Positions 20,789-32,253 of a DNA stretch of 64,000 bases are shown piece by piece. The notes under the pieces are model-generated. The model searched no databases. It saw only the letters and a program-made list of their open reading frames with translations, and was not told the DNA's origin. The stretch comes from Trypanosoma brucei (Eukaryota): NCBI GenBank assembly GCA_000002445.1, contig CH464491.1:2528001-2592000 (forward strand), written 5' to 3'. Each line of letters opens with the position of its first letter. Position 1 is the stretch's first letter. Position numbers and translations under genes: made by a program.

Positions 20789-22447
20789 TCACTTTGACAA
20801 CTCAACGAGCCGCTGGTGAAGCGCCTCTGCCTGTTCCGTCTGCCCTCGCAGCAGCGTCATAACGTCCAAACCGGATGGGGCTGTAGGAAAGGCGTGTGCG
20901 TAAGTTGATGGCACTCGCTGCTCCCGTTGAGGGGGTTTCCGTTCCATGGTCTCTAAGGAATAGCACGGCCGCAGTTCCATGTCACGTTCTAGAAGCGCGT
21001 GTACAAGTCGACGCCGCACAGTCTCCGCCTGGGAACTCTCCACCTTCGCCTGCTTTTTAATTCGCTTGAGCTCCTGTCGAACGAGCCGCACGCGTCGATC
21101 GGCCGCGTCTTCCAAATCCTTAACGTGCGTCTCTGACACCTCCACAAGGCGACGTGCCTCCTGGAGCTCCTCCTCGCGGAAACGCAATTGAATTCGTAGT
21201 CGTTCCACCTCCAATCCACTCTCTTCCTGGCCTTTATGAGACGCAACCAAATCCTGTACTTGTTTGCGCGCGGCTGCGAGATGCTGCGAGAGGTGATCTC
21301 GCTCGGCTGTTAACCACTCCTCGCGCTGGGTGAGGGTCTCCATTTGGGTTCGCAACTGCTTACACTCCGCCGCATAGCTCTCAAGTTTTGCCTCACGTTG
21401 CCGCAACAAGCGCTTGCTCTCCTCAAGTTCTGAACGAGTTTGCTCCACACGCCACCCCTGTTGTTGCTGCTCCGAGCGAGAATCTGCCAGTAACTTTTGC
21501 ACGGCGGCAACTTCCTCACGCGCGTCTGCGCGCACAGTTTCCAGCTGTTGGTGAACAGATCGTTGCAGCGCCGAATATTTCTCCTGCTCCTGAACCCTCT
21601 GTGCTGCCGCTTCGTCCGCTGCCGCAGAGAGCTGACTCACACGCTCTAACAGCCGAGCCTTCTCTTCAGCGTCTTCAACGCGCAATGCCTCTAACTCCTC
21701 CGCATGCCTCGACTCTGCCTCACACAGTCGGACCTGCGCATCGCGAAGTTCGGCCGTTAGAGTTTCCACCTGAAGCGCAGCCTTCCTGGCATCAGACACA
21801 CACTTTTCGCGCGACACGGCGGCATCGTTCTGCAAATCTGAGGACCGCCGCACGAGAGAGCGCATTTGAAGCAGTTCTGCCTCCATACTCCGACAACGCT
21901 GCTCTACCTCCAATTGCCGCCCTTGTTGCTCACGCAAAGCATTATGAGCGGTCAAAAGTTGTTGACTGAAGCGTTCCCTCTCCTCCAGCAGCTGTCCATT
22001 CTGTACTGCGCACCGCTCTTCAAGCTCAGAAACCTGTCGTTTCAACTGCTGAACAACCGTCACGTCAGCCGACACGTTCAGACGTTGCTGAAGATCTTTT
22101 ATCTGCGCCCGTAGCTGGTCCATCTGCTGCTCCTGTTCCAGCAAGTTGTCGGCAACGGCGTGCCGTGCATTTTCCAGTCGCCCCTTGAGGTGCTCCACAG
22201 ACACTGTCGCTGCAAGGTATCGGTCCTTGTAGGCCAGAGCCTCCTCTAGCTCCTTCTTCAGCTCCCGCATCCCGCTATTTAACCTGTCCTCATTGTTCTT
22301 AGCTGCCTCCAACTGCTTCACAAGCCGCTCACTCCGTTCCCGCTCACTTTGCAACTCGTGAGTCACGCCAGCATATTTCTCACTAAGGGCAGCGAAGTTC
22401 TCTCGGAACTCGGTGCAAACCGCCAGCAGCTCACTGTACGTTTTCAT
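20789..22447 (-). CDS. coiled-coil hypothetical protein of 552 aa
   Basis: The ORF is long and on the PTU strand, and it is heptad-like and rich in E/Q/R/L/A throughout. No globular domain recognised. Confidence 0.55.
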   Translation of the reverse strand: MKTYSELLAVCTEFRENFAALSEKYAGVTHELQSERERSERLVKQLEAAKNNEDRLNSGMRELKKELEEALAYKDRYLAATVSVEHLKGRLENARHAVADNLLEQEQQMDQLRAQIKDLQQRLNVSADVTVVQQLKRQVSELEERCAVQNGQLLEERERFSQQLLTAHNALREQQGRQLEVEQRCRSMEAELLQMRSLVRRSSDLQNDAAVSREKCVSDARKAALQVETLTAELRDAQVRLCEAESRHAEELEALRVEDAEEKARLLERVSQLSAAADEAAAQRVQEQEKYSALQRSVHQQLETVRADAREEVAAVQKLLADSRSEQQQQGWRVEQTRSELEESKRLLRQREAKLESYAAECKQLRTQMETLTQREEWLTAERDHLSQHLAAARKQVQDLVASHKGQEESGLEVERLRIQLRFREEELQEARRLVEVSETHVKDLEDAADRRVRLVRQELKRIKKQAKVESSQAETVRRRLVHALLERDMELRPCYSLETMERKPPQREQRVPSTYAHAFPTAPSGLDVMTLLRGQTEQAEALHQRLVELSK

Positions 22448-23069
22448 TGTACTACCACGCTATCCCTCCCTTCCAGTAGCTGAGCGATGAGTGACTTCTG
22501 CAAATATTAACAGATAAAAAGTAAATAGAAACGAAATGAGATTAAAAAGCTGAAACAGTAATGCAGGAAGCAGTTACAATACCTCAAGATACGCGTATAT
22601 AATAACTTATTGGATAGCCTGGAAGAAGACGATTTTTAACAAAAAAAAACACGCCGACAGATGCACACAAAGAGAAATTCTGCCACGTGCAAATAGCTAA
22701 GAAGCAAAGTACGCAATCATTCTCTAAAACTGTGTACCCGCCAGCACACCGCACAACAATCACAACACCATCTACTCCAACTATCACTTTACCTTCCCCC
22801 TCCCTTCACCTCCACCCCTCTTAAAACACTGAGGGCATGTTCACTTCACATGCATACGAGCAGGGGGTAGTCATAACACCGTTCAGAATTTGGTATATAA
22901 GCTCCCCCAAAGTGCAGCGACACGGCTCCCTTCTCACACAAGTTTTTCACTTACGTAGGCGTGCCCAGAATGCGATTACCCGTCAGATAGGGGAAGAGGG
23001 CAGAACAGGAGGAAAAGTTAGCGATCCAGGAAAAAAAAAGAAAGTTCGATGATATGGCAAAGAGAGGAG

Positions 23070-24128
23070 TTACGACTTCGTTGCGACAATGATTCTACAC
23101 ACCATCGACGCGAGTTGCAACGGTGTGCCTACACCCTCAGCTACCCTCATCGTCACCTCTCCTATAATACGCAGAACTTGTAGTTGCTGCTTCTCGTCGC
23201 GGAATAATTTAACATTCTGAGCGGCGCGGAAGAACGTCGAGATAACATCGGAGGTAGCATAGCCACGACCCAAAAGCCGCTGCATCTCCTTATGCGCTGC
23301 GGCAAGGTCTTGTTTCACACAGCTAGTCAATATGGCTTCAACAAGCTGGGGATGAGGTAAGTCGCAAACCTTGAACACATTATCCGCATTCACCAGACTG
23401 TATCCCGAACACGTTGCCTGCAGCGCATTCACAGCGGAACGAAGGTCACCGTCAGCGAGATACAGCAGTGCCTCGAGCCCGTCATCAGTGTATGCAACAT
23501 TCTCTTGTTGAATGATGTACATGAGGCGCCTCAGGATATCAGTGTGGGAGAGTTTTCTGAAGCGCACCACGGCACAGCGTGATTGAATTGGTTCTATAAT
23601 TTTATGGCTGTTATTACACGCAAACGCAAACCGCGTCGTACTGGAGTGAAGCTCAATGGTGCGGCGCAGGGCCTGTTGAGCAGCGGGTGTCATGCTGTCT
23701 GCCTCGTCAAGAATTACAATTTTGTGCAGATTGATTTTCCGGTTGTTCGAGTCACCCACTCTCTGCGGGAGGGTTTTCTTCGTCTGCGCGAAAAGTTTGA
23801 TTTTCTCCCGCACCACGTCAAGGCCCCGATCATCGCTGGCATTAAGCTCCAACACGGCATCCTTTAGTGCGTTGTTGTTTGAGCCACCACCATCCGGATC
23901 ACTGAGGAGGCTTCGAGCGAGGCATAGCATACTTGTGGTCTTGCCTGTGCCCGGCGGCCCACAGAGCAATAGATTTGGAAGGTTCCCCTCGCGCGCGATA
24001 ACTTGCAACCGTGCAACGGCATCAGCATTTCCAACAATGTCTTCCATCGACATCGGGCGGTATTTCTCCACCCAAGGTACTGTCTGTTGTGTCATCTTGT
24101 GGAAGTTACCTGGTGGCACACAATACAC
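23070..24128 (-). CDS. replication factor C small subunit (RFC2/RFC4-like AAA+ clamp loader)
   Basis: VEKYRP...NLPNLLLCGPPGTGKTTSMLCLARSLL shows the RFC box and a Walker A. A DEAD-like VILDEADSMT motif, a sensor region and a C-terminal RFC helical domain are also present. Confidence 0.8.
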   Translation of the reverse strand: MYCVPPGNFHKMTQQTVPWVEKYRPMSMEDIVGNADAVARLQVIAREGNLPNLLLCGPPGTGKTTSMLCLARSLLSDPDGGGSNNNALKDAVLELNASDDRGLDVVREKIKLFAQTKKTLPQRVGDSNNRKINLHKIVILDEADSMTPAAQQALRRTIELHSSTTRFAFACNNSHKIIEPIQSRCAVVRFRKLSHTDILRRLMYIIQQENVAYTDDGLEALLYLADGDLRSAVNALQATCSGYSLVNADNVFKVCDLPHPQLVEAILTSCVKQDLAAAHKEMQRLLGRGYATSDVISTFFRAAQNVKLFRDEKQQLQVLRIIGEVTMRVAEGVGTPLQLASMVCRIIVATKS

Positions 24129-24655
24129 TGTTATATGTCACGCAACCGCGCAGTTTCAAGTGCCTAAGCACAACAAATACCAGGTCGCTAGACTGCTTTA
24201 CAGCTAGAGTACAATTTGTTCAAACCGCTAGCGGTACCTCCTTTCGATTATATTTAATTTCCGTCGCCCACTTTTTTCTCCAGTTATCTTTTAGTCGCCG
24301 CACGCCTCCTTTCTGTTTTTATATTTTTACCTGCACTCACAACCTCACCCTTAGGTAGTCCTTTCGGTGTAGTCGTCTTGTTTGTTTATGTCCACTTTAG
24401 AAGAGATGCCACTTATAAGCACTCACGCACACACACCACCCGCGAGTGATGGGTTGGAGGTGACGGACTGCGGCCTCACCATGTTTAAGCAGGAAAGAAG
24501 TGAGTAAACGGAAGTATGCTAGCATAAGGAAGTTGAGTACATGCAAATGAGCAAGGTGTCCGCAGGAGCACACATGAAACAAAAAGGGGGGATGATATTT
24601 TAAAGACGAGATCAGAGCATTTCCACTTCAGAACGAGCGAAACGCCGAAATAGGC

Positions 24656-26290
24656 CTACCCAACGGGGTCTTGTAAAAACGATGCTACCCTGAAACCAAT
24701 GGCCGCACCAATCACACTGCTGGAACCGCAAGTCGGCGCAGGCACAACGCTGGCGTCAGCCACATAGATACCCTCCACACCACGCACACGCAAACTACTG
24801 TCCACAACGCTTCCAAGAGCGCATGTGCCGAAGAGGTCCCCGGTGCTCTCTGCGTACCGCGCCAAAAACGCGGCGCAGCTCCTCTGCGTGGCAAGCCCGT
24901 CAGCCGGGTGATGCAACCTCACATCGAGTGAAGCAAAGGGGGAACGATCATTATACCTGTCACCACCAGGGCCACAGAGTGAACCTACCCACCGCAAACC
25001 CTCATCCATACACTGCACATCATGTCGTGTGGAGAGCATGCGACTGGTGATCCGTATGTTTTCACCGTTAGTTGTCGAAACGCAGTTGGCCCCATCATTT
25101 GAGAGAGTCAACTCACCACGCGCCTCAGGATAGTGATGTGCAACACGAACGGCAAATCCAGTGAACGGCCGCCAGCCACACCACCTAACGTTGGGTGTCG
25201 GGTAAAAAGTTAAAGAAAGGTCGGGATGGGCTAGTTCAGGGGTAGACCGTACAAAGGCACCCGCCTCACACAATGAAGCGAATATACCGCTTCGATCCTC
25301 GTTGTACTCTCTCCATTGACTTAAAAGGTAGCCACTGTTCCCCCAACTTAATGACTTACTACGCAGGTTAGAACCATCGGTTACACGGAAAACAACAGTT
25401 GCGCAACAAGATTGTATGAGATTCTGCCCTACCCCCTGCAAATCCGCCACAGTTCCCTGAGGGCCTACACCACTCCGAAGCAGCAGCGCTGGAGACTCAA
25501 TCGAACCCAGACACACGACCAAGCGGGGAGCCGAGAGAACGGTTGACTGATCACCTTCCACTACCTCAACACCTGTGGCTCGCTTTCCGTCAAAAACAAT
25601 GCGATGTGCCCGCGTTCTGCTCATCACCGTAACATTTGGTAGAAGGTGTCGTTCCGCTTCAAGCAAACAATCGAACACATCAACACGAACACCCTTTCCA
25701 ACGTGTGATTGGAAAACCGAGAAACCATCAGGTGAACCATTGTTGAACTCATCCGTCTGTGGAATGCCAAGAGATTCACATGACTCAAACCAGCGAACAT
25801 TAAGCTCTGAAGAAACACTTGCCGGAGGAGGATCAGTGACTAACAGAGGGCCACTATCACCATGGTAAACGTCACTACCATCTCTCAAATTTCGCTCAAG
25901 GGCCTTAAAGATGGGAAGCACACTATCCATCGTCCAGTCATTGTCTTTCCAAGACGCATAATCATCATTACTGCCTCGGAGATACCTCATGTCATTGCAC
26001 CAGCTGCTCCCCCCGAGGCAACAGCCCTTAACATAAAGTAATTTTCGGCCACCGATACAACTCTCAGATACGCCACGGTAAGACCTGAGAAACTCCCGAG
26101 TACTTCTCACAGAAGAGATAAACGGATAAAATAAAGGCACCCGCATCACAATTGGCGGAGCCCTCGACGAACCTTGTTCCACAATGCAAACATTTGCCCC
26201 GGGATTTTGAAGTGCTATAGCACGACCGGCAGCACAACCAGCGGCACCAGCACCAAGTACGATGACATCAAATGTCCGTTTGCATGTCAT
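24656..26290 (-). CDS. GMC-family FAD oxidoreductase (choline dehydrogenase-like)
   Basis: The N-terminal FDVIVLGAGAAGCAAGRAIA is a GxGxxG FAD-binding motif. The protein is about 540 aa and ends in a GMC-type C-terminal region. Confidence 0.7.
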   Translation of the reverse strand: MTCKRTFDVIVLGAGAAGCAAGRAIALQNPGANVCIVEQGSSRAPPIVMRVPLFYPFISSVRSTREFLRSYRGVSESCIGGRKLLYVKGCCLGGSSWCNDMRYLRGSNDDYASWKDNDWTMDSVLPIFKALERNLRDGSDVYHGDSGPLLVTDPPPASVSSELNVRWFESCESLGIPQTDEFNNGSPDGFSVFQSHVGKGVRVDVFDCLLEAERHLLPNVTVMSRTRAHRIVFDGKRATGVEVVEGDQSTVLSAPRLVVCLGSIESPALLLRSGVGPQGTVADLQGVGQNLIQSCCATVVFRVTDGSNLRSKSLSWGNSGYLLSQWREYNEDRSGIFASLCEAGAFVRSTPELAHPDLSLTFYPTPNVRWCGWRPFTGFAVRVAHHYPEARGELTLSNDGANCVSTTNGENIRITSRMLSTRHDVQCMDEGLRWVGSLCGPGGDRYNDRSPFASLDVRLHHPADGLATQRSCAAFLARYAESTGDLFGTCALGSVVDSSLRVRGVEGIYVADASVVPAPTCGSSSVIGAAIGFRVASFLQDPVG

Positions 26291-26602
26291 TACCTTTTAT
26301 ATAGAACAAAATAGAAAAAAATATTCCGTTATACGCCAAAAAAAAACAAACAGAGAACACAACTGGGATTCAAAAAGAAAAAAACAAACCAACACCTTCA
26401 AATAGGCGAAACCCACGAGTCTAAAGAACTGAGTTAAAAAACAGCCTACAACAAAGAATACTACACCAACCCTCAACCCACACAGACCACTCAATTACAC
26501 ACGTGAAGAGAGTCCACCCAAGGGACATTACATGAACACAAAAGCGCATTCAAACGACAAATTTGTGAGTCAACGGGGGGAAAAAAGCATCAGACGCACG
26601 GT

Positions 26603-27502
26603 TTATCCCCCTGAGGGCAACTGACGCGCCCTTTCCCTCGCGAGCGCTACGTCAGCGGACTGTATGGGAAGACCTGCAGACACTGCGTATTGCTCGTCAT
26701 CACGCAGGCCACGATGCACATCGCATAGTTGAGAGTTCGCCCGGCGTTTCGCCAAACGAATCTCACACAAGTTCGATTCCAGCAATTGTACCTGCAGTGC
26801 CGATAAACGTTCGAACTGTCGCAAAGAAACTTCAGGGAGAGGAGGCATACCCGGCTGCGGCTGCGGCACCCTTTGAGCCTCAACCTCTTCCTTTCGTTGC
26901 TCCGTATACCGCGCGACATCATCGTAACAGTCCACACAACGGAGTTTCTCCAACGCCCTCCGGTTGCTATTGCGCGCATGCGTAATACCAGCACCCATGG
27001 CGCGCAGCAGCAGGCGGGTAGCCACAACGGCCACAAAACAAGTGGCTACTCCAACAGCAATAGCTCCCACAGGCCGCCGTCGCATCAGCGGCCAGCGCCG
27101 TCGACCTACAGAAAGTACCGCGAAACCACTTGCCACGCCCACACAGAGCGCTGCATTCATTGTGGTGAAGTCGTAGCGCCAACGCCCACCGGCACGCGCA
27201 CGCACAGCCGCAGCGAGGTAAGCGTAGCGAAGAACACCGTACGTCCCCGCGGCTGCCTTCACAGCCGCCTCGTCAACAAGGACATACCCACCATGTATGT
27301 CGAGGGGCAGAGCCTTGTTGAAGTAACCGCTCATGTTGGGAACATTCCAAAAAGTAAACCTGTCCGGCCGCAATCCCGCAAGCTGCAAACACGCCTCCCC
27401 CAGCGTACGATAGGTGGGCGAAGCATCTTCGTGGTACAACGATATATGCGTGGCAAGCTGATGGAACTGAGCCTTAGCGGTGAAGTAAAGACCGTCCATC
27501 AC
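26603..27502 (-). CDS. hypothetical membrane protein of 299 aa
   Basis: A PTU-strand ORF with a central pair of hydrophobic helices and an Arg-rich segment. No family recognised. Confidence 0.45.
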   Translation of the reverse strand: MMDGLYFTAKAQFHQLATHISLYHEDASPTYRTLGEACLQLAGLRPDRFTFWNVPNMSGYFNKALPLDIHGGYVLVDEAAVKAAAGTYGVLRYAYLAAAVRARAGGRWRYDFTTMNAALCVGVASGFAVLSVGRRRWPLMRRRPVGAIAVGVATCFVAVVATRLLLRAMGAGITHARNSNRRALEKLRCVDCYDDVARYTEQRKEEVEAQRVPQPQPGMPPLPEVSLRQFERLSALQVQLLESNLCEIRLAKRRANSQLCDVHRGLRDDEQYAVSAGLPIQSADVALARERARQLPSGG

Positions 27503-27763
27503 TGTTCCCTATGTGTGCCCTGGAGGCCACGAGCAAGACACAGAAATGAGTCAAGGGGAAACAGTAACATCAACAAATACAAAGCGTCACGGTACATACA
27601 GCGAAGCAGTGCCGCGGACTGCGGAGGAGTGAAAACCAGCAAAAGAAACACCGGAATACACGGCACAGCACGTGAGTGCACGGCAGGTGTAATAACCTAA
27701 TACCAGATGGTTCCCGCAACACAATTAGGCAATGAGGTGGTGTAACATGCGAGAGGGATGAGT

Positions 27764-28336
27764 CTACCGCTGGACAATTTCCGCATCACCTTCGTCAGTA
27801 AACGCCTTGTGCGCGTCTAACAGAATCTGGATATCCTCCAGCAACCCACAGGCTCGCGCGGCTGCAGCAGCAACAACAAACAGAAGGGCAAGCAGCGCAA
27901 TACCGGAAACCGTCTGCTTTCCAGCAGCGGAGAGTATTGCCCTCAGGAGAGCAACGGGGAAAGACTCCTGTGGTAGTTTCACCGATGCCTCCAGAAGTAT
28001 GGAGGAAAGGGTCGAAAACACCAATGAGAAGGACAGGGAGACAATCAATGCACCAAAGGATATGCGAAGGAAACCCGCACTGGCGACAAACACAGTTCCT
28101 GTGACTACGACCACAACCGACACCACAACTATCAGAACTGACAGTACCTCCTCGCCCATCACACTACACTTGATGAAAATAGTTGTCACCTGCATACAGA
28201 AGGTGGTGGCATGATGGACAAAAATAGAAAAGAAATAAAAAGAAACAATATCGTCAAAAAATCCATATCGGAAGCGCTGAGAAGGGCACGGCGATGCAGC
28301 AAGACGAAGAAGCGCTAGCAGGGAAGCACCGTCCAC
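27764..28336 (-). CDS. hypothetical membrane protein of 190 aa
   Basis: A PTU-strand ORF with several hydrophobic segments. Weak support. Confidence 0.35.
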   Translation of the reverse strand: MDGASLLALLRLAASPCPSQRFRYGFFDDIVSFYFFSIFVHHATTFCMQVTTIFIKCSVMGEEVLSVLIVVVSVVVVVTGTVFVASAGFLRISFGALIVSLSFSLVFSTLSSILLEASVKLPQESFPVALLRAILSAAGKQTVSGIALLALLFVVAAAAARACGLLEDIQILLDAHKAFTDEGDAEIVQR

Positions 28337-28938
28337 TGAACGAGCACATGTTGGCCATGCCTGTCACTCGTTTTGTTGCTAATGAAGCGAAGTATACCCC
28401 ATCATTCTTATCGTTCCTATTAAAACTTCACAATTTCTCCCTTGTAGACATGCGTGGCTGCGCTTACGCGCTTCACGGCAATAAAGCAGTTAGAGGAGGC
28501 ACCGCGCGCCGCTTGACTGTGACTTCACGATGTAGAGGCCGCGCACTGTTGCCACACTGAAATAATAAGGAAAAAAACAAATCACAACAACAGGAATGAA
28601 GAAATAGTAAAGCCAGAAAAGCAAACAAACAGAGGGCGTATCGGTAACACCCTCCCTAGTCGCATGCCGCGCAGTATTACTCCTCGTTTCACTCAGCTGA
28701 TTAGTTGCCGTTATCATGCACACCTCACATCTCTCCATACTGTCAGTTACCATTGCTTCCATTAATTCCCTGAATTTTTCCCACCCCCCGTTTTTACTGG
28801 CCGCGTGCAGCGTGCGGTTACGAAAACGTTCTCATCATACTGATTTCCGCGCACGTACGCACATTGGTCGAACGTACCATTTTTTTAATACTTGAACAGA
28901 CGCGTAGGTGCATCCCAGCAGCCCCTGAAGTGGAAATC

Positions 28939-30252
28939 TTAGTAACGGTAGTGGTCAGGTTTGAAGGGACCGTCGACAGGACAGTTGATGTATTCTGCCT
29001 GTTTCGGTGTGAGCTTTGTCAGCTTAGCGCCCAGCTTGCCGAGGTGCAATGCAGCAACCTTTTCGTCAAGCTTCTTGGGTAGGAAGTAAACCTGAGCCTT
29101 GGCGCCACGTGGGTACTTGCCGGTGTCTCGGTTTGTCCACAACTCAATTTGGGCAAGGACCTGGTTGCAGAAGGAGTTCGACATCACAAAGGAGGGATGG
29201 CCAGAAGCACAACCCAGGTTGACCAGGCGACCCTCAGCCAGAAGAATAATGTGGCGGCCATTGGCCATGGTGTAGCGATCCACCTGCGGTTTCACTTCCA
29301 CGCGCTCCTTCGCATTTGCCTTCAGCCACGCCACCTGGATCTCTGTGTCGAAGTGGCCGATGTTGCACACAATTGCATCGTCACGCATGCGGGGGAAATG
29401 CTCCGATGTGATGATATCGTCGTTGCCGGTCGTCGTGACGAAAATGTGTGCCTCCTCGACAACATCCTCAACCAATAGCACCTGATAGCCCTCCATCGCA
29501 GCCTGCAGCGCATTAATTGGATCAACCTCCGTCACAACGACACGTGCTCCAAAGCCACGCAGCGCAGCCGCGCAACCTTTGCCCACGTCACCATATCCAC
29601 AGACACATGCGGTCTTGCCAGCAATCATTACATCGGTAGCACGCTTGATGCCGTCCACGAGAGACTCACGGCAACCGTACAGATTGTCGAACTTGCTCTT
29701 CGTCACACTGTCGTTCACATTCATGGCGGGGATGGTCAGCTTACCCCGCTGCAGCCGCTTGTACAGGTTTTTTACACCTGTCGTTGTCTCCTCGGAGACA
29801 CCGTATATTTTTCCGTCCAGCTCCTTGCACTCATCCAGGACGTAATTTGTCAGGTCGCCACCGTCGTCGAGCAACATGTTGGGGTAACCATCACCGCTGA
29901 AGCCCTTCAGTGTCTGCTTCATACACCACATGTACTCCTCTTCAGTTTCGCCCTTCCACGCAAAAACAGGGATACCCCGCTTCGCAATCGCGGCGGCTGC
30001 ATGGTCCTGTGTGGAGAAGATGTTGCACGAGGCCCACCGCACTTCAGCACCGAGCTCCACAAGCGTCTCGATAAGCACAGCAGTCTGCATAGTCATGTGC
30101 AGGCAGCCAGCGATCTTGGCACCCTTCAGAGGCTTCGAAGGGCCGTACTCACGGCGAAGTTCCATGAGACCCGGCATTTCGTTCTCTGCGAGCTCAAGCT
30201 CCCTGCGGCCCCATTCAGCGAGGCTGATATCACGTACCTTGTAATCAGTCAT
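28939..30252 (-). CDS. SAHH: S-adenosyl-L-homocysteine hydrolase (adenosylhomocysteinase)
   Basis: [29 protein letters not shown]...[15 protein letters not shown]...[17 protein letters not shown] is near-identical to the canonical SAHH motifs. It includes the NAD-binding GxGxxG. Confidence 0.9.
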   Translation of the reverse strand: MTDYKVRDISLAEWGRRELELAENEMPGLMELRREYGPSKPLKGAKIAGCLHMTMQTAVLIETLVELGAEVRWASCNIFSTQDHAAAAIAKRGIPVFAWKGETEEEYMWCMKQTLKGFSGDGYPNMLLDDGGDLTNYVLDECKELDGKIYGVSEETTTGVKNLYKRLQRGKLTIPAMNVNDSVTKSKFDNLYGCRESLVDGIKRATDVMIAGKTACVCGYGDVGKGCAAALRGFGARVVVTEVDPINALQAAMEGYQVLLVEDVVEEAHIFVTTTGNDDIITSEHFPRMRDDAIVCNIGHFDTEIQVAWLKANAKERVEVKPQVDRYTMANGRHIILLAEGRLVNLGCASGHPSFVMSNSFCNQVLAQIELWTNRDTGKYPRGAKAQVYFLPKKLDEKVAALHLGKLGAKLTKLTPKQAEYINCPVDGPFKPDHYRY

Positions 30253-31073
30253 TATTCAATAAGAGTGTTTTAACCTCACTGCAGAATGTATGAGAGTTAG
30301 ACCGACGAACTTGAATGATCTCCGTTGATGTAAACCAATTTGTTTGTTTGCTTCAAGTGGCTTATTCTGTGTCCAAGAAACAGAGGAGGGACGAAGGTAA
30401 ATGTAAACAGCGTACAACGGGTAACGACTATTGGTGGATTCAACAAAAGTACTCACAAGTGGGTCTCCGCAGCTATCGCAAAATAGCTCCCCTGAAGAGA
30501 CGTCACGGCCACCCAAGCACATCCGAACAAACATACGTACGAAGTTTTACTGATATGAGTGATGTGTGGGTTATGTCGGACTTTTTTCAAAAAAAAAAAG
30601 GAAATATATCGTGCTACCACGTGTAAAAGTCAAGCCGTAGTTTGTGTAACAACGAGAAAGTGGTAAATCACCAGCCATAGTCACCATTGTGCCGTGTAAA
30701 TGGGGAAAATATCGCTTTTTCTAGATTCAGGAAGCCGAGAGGGCATCAAGCTGGTGGCAATATTGTGCATGCCTGAACGATAATTCTTTGTTAGGCCACA
30801 ATATCCCGGTATTTATGATTGAGGAAAGTCGTAAAACCACCGGCATCAGCTTGAATGCCGCGCCGCTCCGAGTCAAACCGCTCTTATTTGGTAGGTAAGC
30901 TTACGGAGGAGCGCAGTACCTGTAGTAGAAACGGCTGTGGCGAAACAACGAAGGTGTGACGAATATCTTTAATCAATAACAAACAGAACTAGTAGGAACA
31001 AAAGTTCAGCAAGGAGGTGGCGGGATGCAACTGAACTTACGGCAGTTGTCGACTGAGTTCGCTAAATGTGAGG

Positions 31074-31979
31074 CTATATGTAATGCGCCTCCAACCACTC
31101 CTCCGGAGGGGTGGCAAGCGCCTCTTTTTCTTCGAAGGTGAGGAAATCATCTTCTGGCCCACGCTCATCAACAGGTATAAGCTCCTGCAGCACGCCTAAC
31201 GCCCACCGCACGTACGACACATGCTCCAAGTAGTGCACCCACTCCGCTACCCACCGTACCCAATCCAGCGTAACGCCGTGGTCCTGCATTACATCATACA
31301 ATTCGTTCAGCATGTCCAACTCGAGGTGCCAGAGACAAGGGCCGTCATAGTAGAGATTGTGACGTACCCATGCTGCGTCGTCGGTAGTTGACATCAGTCT
31401 TTCACATTCAGAGTCCCTGTTCGGCAAATCTTGCTTCTCAGGATCATTAGGCGATAGTTCGTCCTGAGCCTTGTATACTCTCACGTTTCGCATATGCATG
31501 CCACCCTCGGTGGAAGCAATCGAAAAGTGGACAACAACACCGTTCCGCTCCATCAGTACATTTATTGGATACCAGTCCATGAAATACAGCAGGGGATTCA
31601 GTGATTCGGGGTTTTCCACTGTAATTGGGCTGTATGCCACAACCCGTGCGGTGCGCGACCTTGAGTCCCCTTTGTGGGAGAAAATCGCAAGGTTTACGGC
31701 TTCATCGTGATGAACCGACCAGCCCTGCATCGGTGCTGGTGGCTTTGTATAAGCTTCAAGGCGCATTTCGTCCGAAAGGTCTTTGTACAAAGGTCGGAAT
31801 AGTTTGTACGTGCCTGTGCCGTACTTCGCTTCCATCGCACGGCTCCATGCGGTCGCTTCGTCCCCCGTAGTATCTGTAGACAGCGCTCGGTGATGCACTA
31901 GTTGCAGCAGCTTTCCCTGCCACAGAGGCAACGGGACAGCAGCAACTCCACGCCGCCACATTCTGCAACACCGCAGCAA
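31074..31979 (-). CDS. hypothetical protein, possibly a MAM33/p32-family mitochondrial matrix protein
   Basis: The N-terminus MLRCCRMWRRGVAAVPLPL is Arg-rich and presequence-like. The acidic C-terminal region LYDVMQDHGVTLDWVRWVAEWVHYLEHVSYVRWALGVLQEL resembles the MAM33 pattern yL.eRGi...fl.ey...KE..eYi.WL, but the match is tentative. Confidence 0.4.
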   Translation of the reverse strand: MLRCCRMWRRGVAAVPLPLWQGKLLQLVHHRALSTDTTGDEATAWSRAMEAKYGTGTYKLFRPLYKDLSDEMRLEAYTKPPAPMQGWSVHHDEAVNLAIFSHKGDSRSRTARVVAYSPITVENPESLNPLLYFMDWYPINVLMERNGVVVHFSIASTEGGMHMRNVRVYKAQDELSPNDPEKQDLPNRDSECERLMSTTDDAAWVRHNLYYDGPCLWHLELDMLNELYDVMQDHGVTLDWVRWVAEWVHYLEHVSYVRWALGVLQELIPVDERGPEDDFLTFEEKEALATPPEEWLEAHYI

Positions 31980-32253
31980 CTACAAAACAGTTCACCAGGC
32001 AACACGAAGAACAGAAAAAAGGAGGTACGGAACACATGGTGTAGCACAGGTGCCAACAGTACTGAATGCACAGCAGGTTAACCTCAAAAAAATATAACTC
32101 ACAAAACACGCACACGGACCGCCACGGATGGTTAAACTGGTCTTAGTCATTTTGTTTTTCATTCATTTATTTCTTTTTTTTTTTTGAGTCTCGGCTCTTT
32201 TCTCTTTTATCGGATCCGTTGGTGGCTATGCAACTTAACCGCTCTCTCTTCAT

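Noticed and set aside
26765-26782. tRNA B-box-like motif aGTTCGATTCCag
   Set aside because: It lies inside a minus-strand CDS. It lacks the preceding GG, an A-box, and any foldable acceptor or anticodon arms nearby.
26873-27700. 275-aa plus-strand ORF
   Set aside because: It overlaps the minus-strand 299-aa gene in antisense. It is Arg/Ser/Thr-rich and low-complexity, and no other plus-strand gene occurs in this PTU.
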